A stretch of 64,000 nucleotides of DNA from an uncultured virus (IMG/VR IMGVR_UViG_3300046003_004339) (IMGVR_UViG_3300046003_004339); one strand, 5' to 3'. Counted from the stretch's first letter, positions 8,893 to 18,150 are shown. Notes: generated by a model not told the origin, from the letters alone. Program-made: numbers and translations.

Positions 8893-9005
8893 GGATAGGA
8901 TATTACCAGACTTTTTATAAACAGCGAGAAAAAAGTTAAAAAAAAATGAGGCTGAGAAGAACATTAATTAGCTTGTGCTAAAAACTATCCTAACCAGCCC
9001 CAAAT

Positions 9006-9080
9006 TGGGAGCAGGGACGGCGTTCGAATCCGTTGTTGCACATTATGAGCGTGCCGAGTTACCACATACTCTACCCTGCC
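9006..9080 (-). tRNA. tRNA-Met(CAU), probably elongator
   Basis: GGCAGGG/CCCTGCT acceptor, GCACG-CT CAT AA-TGTGC, CCA; upstream TTGCCG-N16-TATGAT and boxA-like TGTTCTTTAGAA. Confidence 0.82.
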
Positions 9081-9189
9081 GTAAATTGATTTTTTCTAAA
9101 GAACATTCGGAATGTCTATCATTCCTTTCCTAAGCTTGACACTATCATACAGATTCTATTACATTCGGCAACATATTTCGCAAACTTTA

Positions 9190-9386
9190 CTTTTCTGTCC
9201 GACTTGATTCTCCGTCCGACCACAGCCCACGATTTTCACAAACATATTTTTTATATATTATCTGCTCATCATTTCACCATTTTCCTACCCGCTTGTTTAA
9301 TTGCTTGCATTATTCTGGCGGCGCGAAGTGCGCACCGTAGGTTCATCAAAGGGTCGCTTGATTTATCTGTATTATTGTTAAAGAAC
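9190..9386 (-). ncRNA. candidate ncRNA or leader upstream of tRNA-Met
   Basis: TTGACA-N16-TATAGT promoter, boxA-like GTTCTTTAACAA, stems CCTAC/GTAGG and GGTGCGC/GCGCCGCC; no convincing ORF. Confidence 0.35.
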
Positions 9387-9458
9387 TACCATCACTATAC
9401 TGATATATATTACTTTGTCAACAAAAAAGATAATCTTTGTTATCTTTTTTTAACTTTC

Positions 9459-9818
9459 TCACTTAATCACCAACTCTTGCGTGTTGGACTTCTTGCCCAC
9501 AGACAACATCCATTGTTCTGGATTCTTTGCCAACGGAGACAAATAATCCTTGGGAGTAGGAATAAATCCGCAATCTTCCATCAAATGCTGCTCTGCGATC
9601 AGTTTGACTGGAATAGTTTGATTGGAACTGTTCAAGACTGCATGACCAAACTTTTCTACACACCATTGAATACCTGCACTATGATGCCGCAATGCGCGAT
9701 GTGTCCAATCGCCAGTATATACTTTCGTCTCATCAAACCAATCGTGAATAGCAACATAATCTTGCCATTTGCCACCCCATTTGCGAGCCGTAGATTCTGC
9801 GTGTTTTACAGGTGTCAT
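9459..9818 (-). CDS. DUF6915-like protein
   Basis: HAEST.RKWGG, IHDWFDETK, HRALRHHS.GI, EQHLMEDCGFIPT. Confidence 0.75.
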   Translation of the reverse strand: MTPVKHAESTARKWGGKWQDYVAIHDWFDETKVYTGDWTHRALRHHSAGIQWCVEKFGHAVLNSSNQTIPVKLIAEQHLMEDCGFIPTPKDYLSPLAKNPEQWMLSVGKKSNTQELVIK

Positions 9819-9826
9819 TGTATATT

Positions 9827-10168
9827 TTATTCAATATCTTCGGCAATTTCCAAGTCGCCATCCTCACTACCACCTTCGGTGCGAGACATATACCATGATT
9901 CGCTTGTGGCAGTTTTGTTCACAAGGTCATACACAACGTCGTCGCCATAGTCGTTGCCGTCGCCAGCACCGCTATAACCATACGCTTCCCAAGCCCAACC
10001 TTCAATTTCTTGCTCAAGCTCAGTGTTGCTTTCCCAACCGTTTTGTCCATTAACATACACACTCAGATAGCCTTCATCACTGCCACCAGAGAATTTAAGT
10101 TCAATCTGGGTGATTCCCAGAGAAACAGCTTTGTCGTAGATTTTCTTGCTAAGAGGTTCAATATTCAT
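9827..10168 (-). CDS. DUF6878-like acidic protein
   Basis: FSGGSDEG motif; adjacent to DUF6915-like gene. Confidence 0.65.
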   Translation of the reverse strand: MNIEPLSKKIYDKAVSLGITQIELKFSGGSDEGYLSVYVNGQNGWESNTELEQEIEGWAWEAYGYSGAGDGNDYGDDVVYDLVNKTATSESWYMSRTEGGSEDGDLEIAEDIE

Positions 10169-10200
10169 CGTCTGTTAGGTTGTGTGGTTTCTATAAAAAG

Positions 10201-10404
10201 TCAAGAAGTTTCTTCAATCCAGATTTCCCAGCTTCTTTTTGGAACATTGTTTTTGACATTTTCCGCAAACCCTTTAGCCAAGCTTTCAACTGTCCAACTG
10301 GAAAGTTGAATCTTCACCGGAACTCCATCATAAATAACTTCGTTCGTCTTTGGATGAACAAATGGCGGACAGGGTTTGTATTTTTTGCCGTAAACAATGA
10401 ACAT
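10201..10404 (-). CDS. hypothetical protein
   Basis: ORF in co-oriented run. Confidence 0.55.
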   Translation of the reverse strand: MFIVYGKKYKPCPPFVHPKTNEVIYDGVPVKIQLSSWTVESLAKGFAENVKNNVPKRSWEIWIEETS

Positions 10405-10409
10405 AAATG

Positions 10410-10619
10410 TTATTCGAAATACATATCGACTCGGGCAATCAAGTCAAGTGGAATTGAAATGAAACTTCTGCCTTCAGTTTTATCTCCGCAAAAGGTAAAC
10501 ATTCCCTTAAAAAAGTATGGGTCTGATGGAATGTCTCGACCAATATACGTGTTACCATCTCGGAGAGTTACATTCACGGTTGCGTCTTTTGCTTCATCTT
10601 CTGTAGGATTGTTAATCAT
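10410..10619 (-). CDS. hypothetical protein
   Basis: ORF in co-oriented run. Confidence 0.6.
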   Translation of the reverse strand: MINNPTEDEAKDATVNVTLRDGNTYIGRDIPSDPYFFKGMFTFCGDKTEGRSFISIPLDLIARVDMYFE

Positions 10620-10625
10620 AATTTT

Positions 10626-10889
10626 TTAATTTAATTCTTTCATGTGCGGATGATATGTCGTTTCTTCTTTAACATAGTCTTTGCTTGGACCTTTACCGGA
10701 TTCGTGGCGGGCTGTCCAGTATTTTCCATTGTGTTTGATCAGAACATGACTTAGTTTGCCATACTTGTTTAATCCTGCAAGGATGGTCTCCCGTATTGGG
10801 CTGGCAACCAATGTCGGGAATTCTTGCTTTTCTAATGTGAGTGGGACTGTTCCGGTGTCAACGAAAAGAAGTTTGATAGTGTCTGACAT
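10626..10889 (-). CDS. hypothetical protein
   Basis: MSDTIKL start 36 nt from promoter. Confidence 0.6.
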   Translation of the reverse strand: MSDTIKLLFVDTGTVPLTLEKQEFPTLVASPIRETILAGLNKYGKLSHVLIKHNGKYWTARHESGKGPSKDYVKEETTYHPHMKELN

Positions 10890-10926
10890 TAAAATAAGGT
10901 TGATTAATGTTTTTGAAAAGTCAAGC

Positions 10927-11349
10927 TCAATACTGCGCCTTGGTGATGTTCTTTCCAAGTTGTTTGGCAACCTCGTAAATGTCATCCAAGTTGATTGATC
11001 GGACTTCTTTCTTGTTGTTAATTGCGATGGTATGACCATTAACGTATCGCATATTTTCTGCTCCTGCCTCTTGGAAAATGGCAACTTCATCATCGGCAAG
11101 ATGTTCTGCAAGTTCGTCCATGAAGTCAATGTCAACATCGCCTTCTTGCTCGTTTCCGTCAGCATCCAAATCAATTTCCCATCGAACGGTTGGCATTCCA
11201 TCATCAAACAACATTCCAAATCCGGTTTCAAGTCCAATCGTTTTCTTAACAACTTCGATTCCACCAAACTGTTCAATCCATTTGTTGAACGCATCAACAT
11301 CTTTGACGCGGAAATAATTTGTGCGAGCGGTGCTAGTGTAGTTGGCCAT
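10927..11349 (-). CDS. conserved phage hypothetical protein
   Basis: MANYTSTARTNYFRVKD...EAGAENMRYVNG. Confidence 0.75.
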   Translation of the reverse strand: MANYTSTARTNYFRVKDVDAFNKWIEQFGGIEVVKKTIGLETGFGMLFDDGMPTVRWEIDLDADGNEQEGDVDIDFMDELAEHLADDEVAIFQEAGAENMRYVNGHTIAINNKKEVRSINLDDIYEVAKQLGKNITKAQY

Positions 11350-11411
11350 GTGAAGAAGAATGATTATCGGTTATAAAAATGCAAGACTATTTTTATTTAT
11401 TCGTGGTGTGC

Positions 11412-11654
11412 TTATTTCGCGTCCCTCGTTATCTCGAACGCTTTGGACGCCAATGCGCATGGGTCAAATTGCGGGTCGATGTAGTTGTCGTCGTTGCGCA
11501 GGTATTTCATAGCATCCCGCAACACGCGCACCTTCTCGCGCTCAACAACAAGCTCGCGCTCCAGCGTGCGGGCGAGTTCAGCCGAGACGCAAACGGCATC
11601 GCCGCTCCATCCGTCGCCCGCTTCCTCGTCGGTCCGTGGCGTCGGCGTGTTCAT
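11412..11654 (-). CDS. phage hypothetical protein in GC-rich island
   Basis: TPRTD...ARTLEREL; ATGA overlap with upstream gene. Confidence 0.7.
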   Translation of the reverse strand: MNTPTPRTDEEAGDGWSGDAVCVSAELARTLERELVVEREKVRVLRDAMKYLRNDDNYIDPQFDPCALASKAFEITRDAK

Positions 11655-11971
11655 GTGCGGTCCGCCTTCATCGCCGCGTCGATGGCGGCGCGATCACACG
11701 GCTCGCCTGTTACCCAACCGTGATCCTCCAGCCAATCCAGCCGCGCCCGTTCAGCGGCGAGTTCGGCCTCTAGTGAGATTGCGCGTTTACCGTAGCGGTC
11801 TGCGATTTCCTCGGCGCGTTCGGCGCGTTCGGCGGTGACTCCCCGCAGCTCGTTTCCGGCCTGCCCTATGCGCTTGAGGTAGTCCACGGCTTGCACGCGC
11901 AGCGGATCGAACGGGGGAAGTCGGCGACTGGTCCGGCGCAATAGCAGCACGAGGTTGTCTGTGTTGTTCAT
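11651..11971 (-). CDS. phage hypothetical protein in GC-rich island
   Basis: ARLDWLE...RAAIDAAM C-terminal motif. Confidence 0.7.
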   Translation of the reverse strand: MNNTDNLVLLLRRTSRRLPPFDPLRVQAVDYLKRIGQAGNELRGVTAERAERAEEIADRYGKRAISLEAELAAERARLDWLEDHGWVTGEPCDRAAIDAAMKADRT

Positions 11972-12015
11972 GTTGAAACTATGAGTTAGATTTTATAAAA
12001 ATGCAAGACTATTTT

Positions 12016-12357
12016 TTACCAACTCCGCTTTTTAAGTTCATATCCTTCATTCTCAAACAATGCACAGATTCTGTTGTAAATTTCTTTCTTTTGCATCATA
12101 TACTCATAATCACGCTCACCTGCACGAAAATTGTTCCATTGATTTGAGTTATAGTTTTGCGCCAACTGATGCTTGAGACGGTTTACATTTGCATAAGCAT
12201 CACGAAAACCATAAAGATTGAAGTGAGCAATAAATCCGCTTGACAAATAAAGAAAATTGTAAGCAGGCTTGGTGAGATGATTGATATCATTTGTTTCAAA
12301 AACTTTGCGAACGCTTGAAACAATCAGGTCGGTTTGGCGAGGTGTTTTAAGTTCCAT
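12016..12357 (-). CDS. conserved phage hypothetical protein
   Basis: YNFLYLSSGFIAHFNLYGF motif. Confidence 0.7.
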   Translation of the reverse strand: MELKTPRQTDLIVSSVRKVFETNDINHLTKPAYNFLYLSSGFIAHFNLYGFRDAYANVNRLKHQLAQNYNSNQWNNFRAGERDYEYMMQKKEIYNRICALFENEGYELKKRSW

Positions 12358-12388
12358 GCTGAGAAAAATAGTCGTTGGTTATAAAAAG

Positions 12389-13795
12389 TCAAACGATTTC
12401 GCTTGGTGCACGAAAGAATTGTTCACTCTCATTCAATTCACCATCGTTGAGAGTTGACAAATTATCCAATTTAAACTTAACTCTGCGACAGATATCCTCT
12501 TCGACGCACCCCGCAGCATACATGATAAATTGAACGCTTTTTGTTACTCCTTTCAGTCTCCAGACTCTGCCCAGAGATTGGCGAAGATTGAATGCGCTCC
12601 ACGTGGGGGAAATAATGCTAGCACGAGGAAATTCACCAGTCAAATCGTGAAGACTGACTCCCACTCCACCCGCCGCAATATTACAGATAATGATTCGTTT
12701 CTTACCAGACTGAAAGTCGTCAATTGCTTGCTGTCTATCTTTGTCAGATTGACCACCAACAACAAACCCAGCCAGTTTTTGGAGCTTCTCCGGAAGCCGC
12801 TCAAACATTGCATTGACTGTATCGGTGAAGTTAACAAACACTGCCACGCTTTTTCCCTCGGCATATAAATCAATCAATTTATCCACCATGGTAGGAACTT
12901 TCAACAATTCCGCCTCCCGACGAGCACGAATTAAAATAGCAAAAATATGTTGACTGTAGTTCTCTGTCCGGTCATCCAACTCGGCAATCTCTTGCTCCAT
13001 TTGTAAATATACGGATTGAATTTGGGGCGAGTTCGGGCCAAGGTCATAAGCTTCCGCGCTGATGCGAGTCTCCGGAAAATCGTCCCCCATATCTCGTACG
13101 GTGAGACGACTTGCACATTGGCGAGCTTCGAATAAATATTCGTTCAACGCCCGCATTGCTTCAATTGCTTCGGCATCGGTGCTATCCCAAGTCACGGCTC
13201 CATAACGCCCAGTCCACTTGCCACCATGCAAGCGACAGAAAGTCGAGAAATCATACAGTTTATGCAAATCTGCCAGATATCCACTAGCACGCATATCCAA
13301 GGGAGAAGTCGCGAGGGTTGCACTCGAAACCAAAGTGGTATACTTTTGCAACTTGAATGCAACCATCATCCACGAATTTGACGTGTCTCCGCCACGGCAT
13401 TTATGGCCCTCATCCATGATAATTAAAGCATTCTGAGGAAACTTGAATACTGGAACCAGTCGCATGACTCCATGCTTGTTTGGAAAATAAGGATCTTGAA
13501 TATTTTTCCAACTCATCCACTGCGTGTTACCACGAGCGAGTTTCTCATATGTAATGAGAACAATTGGTTTAATTCCAAACAAATTCAACACGCGTTGCCA
13601 TTGTGGAATGATCGATTTGGGACAAATCACCACAGTTGGCATTCGCATTTCACGCGAGATTGCACTTGCGCAATACATCTTTCCACATCCGGTGTCGCTT
13701 AAATCAAAAGCAAATCCATTAATGTAAAGACTGTCCACAAGCCGGGTGACGTGAGGAAGTTGGGGCTTTAGAAGCCCCAGTGAATTAATTGTCAT
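12389..13795 (-). CDS. superfamily 2 (SNF2-like) helicase
   Basis: DTGCGKM, MDEGH, SAT, AGGVGVSL, QSLGRVWR. Confidence 0.9.
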   Translation of the reverse strand: MTINSLGLLKPQLPHVTRLVDSLYINGFAFDLSDTGCGKMYCASAISREMRMPTVVICPKSIIPQWQRVLNLFGIKPIVLITYEKLARGNTQWMSWKNIQDPYFPNKHGVMRLVPVFKFPQNALIIMDEGHKCRGGDTSNSWMMVAFKLQKYTTLVSSATLATSPLDMRASGYLADLHKLYDFSTFCRLHGGKWTGRYGAVTWDSTDAEAIEAMRALNEYLFEARQCASRLTVRDMGDDFPETRISAEAYDLGPNSPQIQSVYLQMEQEIAELDDRTENYSQHIFAILIRARREAELLKVPTMVDKLIDLYAEGKSVAVFVNFTDTVNAMFERLPEKLQKLAGFVVGGQSDKDRQQAIDDFQSGKKRIIICNIAAGGVGVSLHDLTGEFPRASIISPTWSAFNLRQSLGRVWRLKGVTKSVQFIMYAAGCVEEDICRRVKFKLDNLSTLNDGELNESEQFFRAPSEIV

Positions 13796-13840
13796 TATAC
13801 CGTTATGGTGATCCGAATTTTTGAAAAGTCGAACTTAAAA

Positions 13841-14260
13841 TTAGATGTTGCTTAGAATAACTTTGTTTTCGAGACTGAATTCCTCACCATCCGCTTTGAC
13901 AATCGTGATGGTGAAAGCATCCTCTGCAAGCCCAGACAATTCGTCGGTATGCATGAAAATGTGCGGTAATGTGTGAAACAATGCAATATATCCCGAAACA
14001 AACGATGGAGTGTGAATCCAACGACCATTTTCGATTTTCTTAAACTCTTCACTATGAGAACCTTTCAACATGATCATAGTCCAATTGAGCAACTCAAGGC
14101 CAGTGACAGTTGTATCAAATGTACCCTTAACCTTGGCAATGCATGGAAGATTCAACCGCTCATTGAGAATTTCCGACATAACATCCATTTGATATTCCAA
14201 AAGGCTTTGTTTAACTTCGTCTAACGTGAAAGTGAAAGTAGTGTGCTTGGTGATGTTCAT
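13841..14260 (-). CDS. hypothetical protein
   Basis: MNITKH start 35 nt from TTGACA. Confidence 0.65.
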   Translation of the reverse strand: MNITKHTTFTFTLDEVKQSLLEYQMDVMSEILNERLNLPCIAKVKGTFDTTVTGLELLNWTMIMLKGSHSEEFKKIENGRWIHTPSFVSGYIALFHTLPHIFMHTDELSGLAEDAFTITIVKADGEEFSLENKVILSNI

Positions 14261-14355
14261 GCGAAGAATATTCCAGATATTTTTGAGAATGTCAACACTT
14301 ACTTTTTTTAAGATTGTTCTCGACTTATTATAACAAACGGTCATTCTTTGGACAC

Positions 14356-14463
14356 TCAAGGGACAGTAGCAAAAGACTCCTCCCGAAGATGTGACCGATA
14401 AAACGGAACGATTGGGGGACCGGAGGCTATTCAAATTGCTCCAAATTTTTGACTACCCCTGAC
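14356..14463 (-). ncRNA. candidate structured small RNA
   Basis: Predicted +1 has no ATG; 5-prime TCAGGGGTAGTCAAAA pairs with 3-prime TTTTGCTACTGTCCCTTGA; inner CCTCC/GGAGG. Confidence 0.4.
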
Positions 14464-14736
14464 TCAAATAGTGTAGCACACTTTTTATAAAAAGTCAAGA
14501 AAAATATTTTTGTTATAAAATTTTTTAAGTTTGACTTTTTATATTTTTCTGACATACTCAAAACGATGCATATATACATTTTTATAAAAGTGGGATTTTG
14601 TGAAGTATATCAACTTTTTATAAAAAGTCAATTAATATAATTTAAAAAAAAAATCCTCATATGTCATCCACAAATTGTTTAATTTATATTAAATGAGGTG
14701 TGAATTTATAACTATAAATTTTTTATATACAATATT

Positions 14737-15030
14737 CCCCGCTTCGCCGGGGTCTTTTGGTTTATTCTCATTCATATTGGAGAGGACATAAACTCTCCAA
14801 CCATTCTTATAATAAAGAATTGGCGGAAGAGTTTATGTCGTCTTTTGGAATATCTCATCTTGTATTCGGACAATAAAGCCGGAGTTTCACCGGCACATTC
14901 TTATAGGTTAAACCGTACAACCAAAAACCTGTTAACAGAATGTCTCTCTAAAATACGATAAAGGTGCTTTACGCAGTACTGTTGGCAATCCACACCATTT
15001 TGATTGAGAGGGTATTATTTGTATCCTCCC
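14737..15030 (+). ncRNA. highly structured non-coding region (ncRNA or origin)
   Basis: Consecutive hairpins GACATAAACTC/GAGTTTATGTC, GCCGG/CCGGC, ACATTCT..AGAATGT, CTCTC..GAGAG; no ORF of 60 aa or more. Confidence 0.5.
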
Positions 15031-15363
15031 GCGCCGTCGCTAGTTTATGCTGCAATCAATTATGAAAAAAAGGTCAAAAAAAAAAAGAATAACAGAATGT
15101 ATGAAAATGAGTAACTGATTTAAAGCTTATACCTATTGTTCATCATACCCAAAACTCCAAAATATTCTTTATATATACAAAATTATGCCAGTACAGTGCC
15201 TATATAAACAAACCAGTACAGTTTGGGTCATGGGGGTACCTAAATATAAAAACAGTATATACTTATTATAATTTGACCTTGACAAGATATAGTGTATTAT
15301 ATTCAGCAAGTTACCTCATAGGGGGGTACCTAAATATACAAAATACGATAGACTAAAATAAAT

Positions 15364-15825
15364 ATGAATAATATAGTACTAGCAGGAAACGTGGTCAAAG
15401 ACCCCGTTACACGTCAGCTAACATCCGGCAAAAGCGTAACTAAAATTCGCCTAGCGGTTAATAACCCAATCAATGATAAGGATACATTATATATCGACGT
15501 TGATACTTGGGACAAGCAAAGTGAATTCGCCCAAAAACATGTAAAGAAGGGTTCTGCAATTAGCATTGTAGGCCGTCTTAAGCAAGAAACTTGGGAGAAG
15601 GATGGAGTAGAACGCACAACATTTGTTGTATCTGCCTCCCAAATCAACTTTAACGGCCCAAAGAAAGCTGATTCTACGAACGGAACTTCAGTTGTTGCAG
15701 CATCCGATCCAGTGAAGACTGCGGTAGTTGCTGCCACTACAGCCAGCAAACCTAGTAAGATAGTTGCTGCCAATGAATCGGAATTTGATAGCCTATTTAC
15801 TGAGGCACCTAAAGACCAATTCTAA
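15364..15825 (+). CDS. ssb: single-stranded DNA-binding protein
   Basis: MNNIVLAGNVVKDP, RLAVN, KKGS.I.IVGRL OB-fold; acidic tail ending in F. Confidence 0.92.
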   Translation: MNNIVLAGNVVKDPVTRQLTSGKSVTKIRLAVNNPINDKDTLYIDVDTWDKQSEFAQKHVKKGSAISIVGRLKQETWEKDGVERTTFVVSASQINFNGPKKADSTNGTSVVAASDPVKTAVVAATTASKPSKIVAANESEFDSLFTEAPKDQF

Positions 15826-15853
15826 TATATAGGCTAGACCTATAACAAACTCA

Positions 15854-15883
15854 GACCCACCATTTTGTTATGGTGGGTTCTTT
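15854..15883 (+). terminator. intrinsic terminator after ssb
   Basis: ACCCACCAT/ATGGTGGGT hairpin then TCTTT; second hairpin at about 15940-15967 could serve the opposite strand. Confidence 0.7.
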
Positions 15884-16175
15884 GCGTATAGCTATGGGGG
15901 TACCTAAATATATTTATCTAGTTGTATATACACAAAAAAATAGCCCACCTGATTAAAGATGGGCTATTTCCATACATGAAACTACCTAACAAAAGTTCTA
16001 TTATTCAATATCTTCGGCGCGAGTTTTATGAGTGCAATCTTCACAATCACAGTCATGTGGTGGATCTTCATTATATTTAAACAAAGCTTTAATAAGAGTG
16101 TCCACGGTAAGAGCAAAACAAATCAGCCCAATAACCCAAACAATCATTTCATAAGCATTCATATATATGTATATA

Positions 16176-16508
16176 TTAGACCAACACTCCTTGTGGAGCA
16201 GTGCCTACATTCTCAATACCCTTTCGGTCACGAGGATTATCACTATCGCCGCGACTCATTGGAATGCAGAAATAGTGTGCAGTGTATTTCAAACTAGCTG
16301 GCAGCTTGGTTTCAATAACACCATGCACCATAGTTCGATATGCCGCAAATTCTCGAACATTCTTAGCAACTGCCTTAGCATTACGACACACCAATCGGTC
16401 ATACTGCAATGAGTTGCCAAGCAGTTTGAACCGCTTGAGCTTGTCCGCAGGCATGGTGCCTTTGGGAGTTGTCTTATTACCGGACTTGGACTTTTCGATT
16501 TTTGCCAT
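16176..16508 (-). CDS. hypothetical basic protein
   Basis: MAKIEKSK start. Confidence 0.55.
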   Translation of the reverse strand: MAKIEKSKSGNKTTPKGTMPADKLKRFKLLGNSLQYDRLVCRNAKAVAKNVREFAAYRTMVHGVIETKLPASLKYTAHYFCIPMSRGDSDNPRDRKGIENVGTAPQGVLV

Positions 16509-16866
16509 ATAAATTTTTAAGTGAGACCCATCATACATTTTTTAATGAATAGGTCAAGAACTTTGTGTGAATATTTTTGTGCTTGACGATGTAAATAATT
16601 AATTATAATAATGCGTGTCAATATATATAAAAAATTTTAGAAAAATATTTGTCTTGACAGTCGCGGCGAGCATCTATCTAACTCCCATACTCTCCCATTC
16701 TGCCCCATACTCTTATACACGTATGTTTCAATTTCTTCTTTTATTATAATTTCTAATACTCATATGTATCAATACGCTAATCATCCTTTTTGTTGCGTAT
16801 ATACCCTACCTAGATTTTATAATTATCCATCGCCCACCACAACCATAGCCCACAGCTATGCTTTCC

Positions 16867-17052
16867 TTATTTGCTATCTTCATAACTCAGTGCTGCTTTT
16901 TGCTTCATATACCACTCAGTCATATGTTTCATATAATCTCGCCGTTGTTCTATAGTTTTTAGATCATGATACTCTTTGCTCATCTTATAGAAACCATAGT
17001 GGCGCAAAATATAATCTTCGTTGCTAACAGGTTCATTTATTTCTTTATTCAT
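16867..17052 (-). CDS. hypothetical protein
   Basis: ORF. Confidence 0.5.
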   Translation of the reverse strand: MNKEINEPVSNEDYILRHYGFYKMSKEYHDLKTIEQRRDYMKHMTEWYMKQKAALSYEDSK

Positions 17053-17242
17053 ATATACAAAATGTTATTATAACATCACCAACTATTTTTAGTATGATAC
17101 GTGATAATTTATATAAGTATAACGCACGAATCTTTCTATCTTTTATATGCACAATATTCTTGTGCTTGTTCTTGTGGCAATAAAGAAATGAATTCTATAA
17201 GCATACTCATTTTTTAACTGATTCAAACTTTCAAGCGACTAA

Positions 17243-17473
17243 TCAATTAAGCATTATTCTTTCCACACACGGAGTTTTATCTTCTGAATACATTACTCTG
17301 CAACTGTGTCCATCTTTATACTTGTATAATACGTTCTTTTGAAAGAATTCGCCAGTTTTTGAAATGTTGTCTTCTATGACTTCTTTCTTTTCTGCGCCGA
17401 AATTTCTTCGTTCTGTTTGTGCGGCGGTTTCTTTAACCGGGAGTTTTGACTTTGACTTTGACTTTGCTTTCAT
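17243..17473 (-). CDS. hypothetical protein
   Basis: ATGA-coupled ORF. Confidence 0.6.
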   Translation of the reverse strand: MKAKSKSKSKLPVKETAAQTERRNFGAEKKEVIEDNISKTGEFFQKNVLYKYKDGHSCRVMYSEDKTPCVERIMLN

Positions 17474-17913
17474 ATTTTTATACTCAACATCTTAATATCC
17501 GATACTGTCATGTCACCAAGAATTTTATTCATTTGGTTGTCCGTCTGTCTTATTTTCTTTTCTCTATTGTCGCGCTGTTTTATTTGTCCGGTATAATCCT
17601 TTAGATGTTTATGTAATAGCTCGGGAATTATATTATGTATAGTAAATGCCAATTCGTGCATGTCTGAAAAATCTTTGTATTTATAGATTCTATATATACG
17701 GCGGTCTAGATTATGAAATCTCAGGCGTATAAAATATGAATATATTGATATTTGAACTCTTGCCGGTATAACATTTTTATATGCAAAGTCTGCATGTTGA
17801 ATATCGCATTGTACTTTACTAAGCCATGGTATATATGAATAACCGTGGTGCATATCATAATCGCCTAATTCTTTTAACTTTTCGCAAAACTGGATTCCAT
17901 CTGGTTTTTTCAT
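17470..17913 (-). CDS. hypothetical protein
   Basis: ORF in co-oriented run. Confidence 0.65.
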   Translation of the reverse strand: MKKPDGIQFCEKLKELGDYDMHHGYSYIPWLSKVQCDIQHADFAYKNVIPARVQISIYSYFIRLRFHNLDRRIYRIYKYKDFSDMHELAFTIHNIIPELLHKHLKDYTGQIKQRDNREKKIRQTDNQMNKILGDMTVSDIKMLSIKI

Positions 17914-17919
17914 AACAAT

Positions 17920-18150
17920 TTACAAATAATGATATTTTGTGTTTCTTTTTGTGTTTCTTTTTATAGAATCTTCTTGTTTGTCTGATATTATCAATTCGTT
18001 TACTCTTGACTGTGCGTCTTTGATATTATCGTAGCTTTGTAGTTTGCTGCCGGTTATTAGTTCCCATGGCAAGTACCAATGGGACTTTCCTTCTACGGTG
18101 AATATGGGATTGTTCAGATATGTTCTGCTCTCTTTTATTCTATATTTCAT
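17920..18150 (-). CDS. hypothetical protein
   Basis: MKYRIKE N-terminus typical of small phage proteins. Confidence 0.6.
   Translation of the reverse strand: MKYRIKESRTYLNNPIFTVEGKSHWYLPWELITGSKLQSYDNIKDAQSRVNELIISDKQEDSIKRNTKRNTKYHYL

Larger units (their letters stand above)
15232..15912 (+). repeat. three exact 17-bp direct repeats GGGGGTACCTAAATATA
   Basis: Copies at 15232, 15322 and 15896, flanking the ssb promoter and gene. Confidence 0.85.

Noticed and set aside
9204..9950. 248-aa plus-strand ORF
   Set aside because: Antisense to the DUF6915/DUF6878-like genes and across a promoter; no motifs
10890..11300. N-terminal extension of the 224-aa ORF 10626-11300
   Set aside because: Out-of-frame overlap with 10927-11349; promoter spacing supports a start at 10889
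16682..16712. Three imperfect CCCATACTCT decamers in an intergenic gap
   Set aside because: Too short and isolated to assign a function
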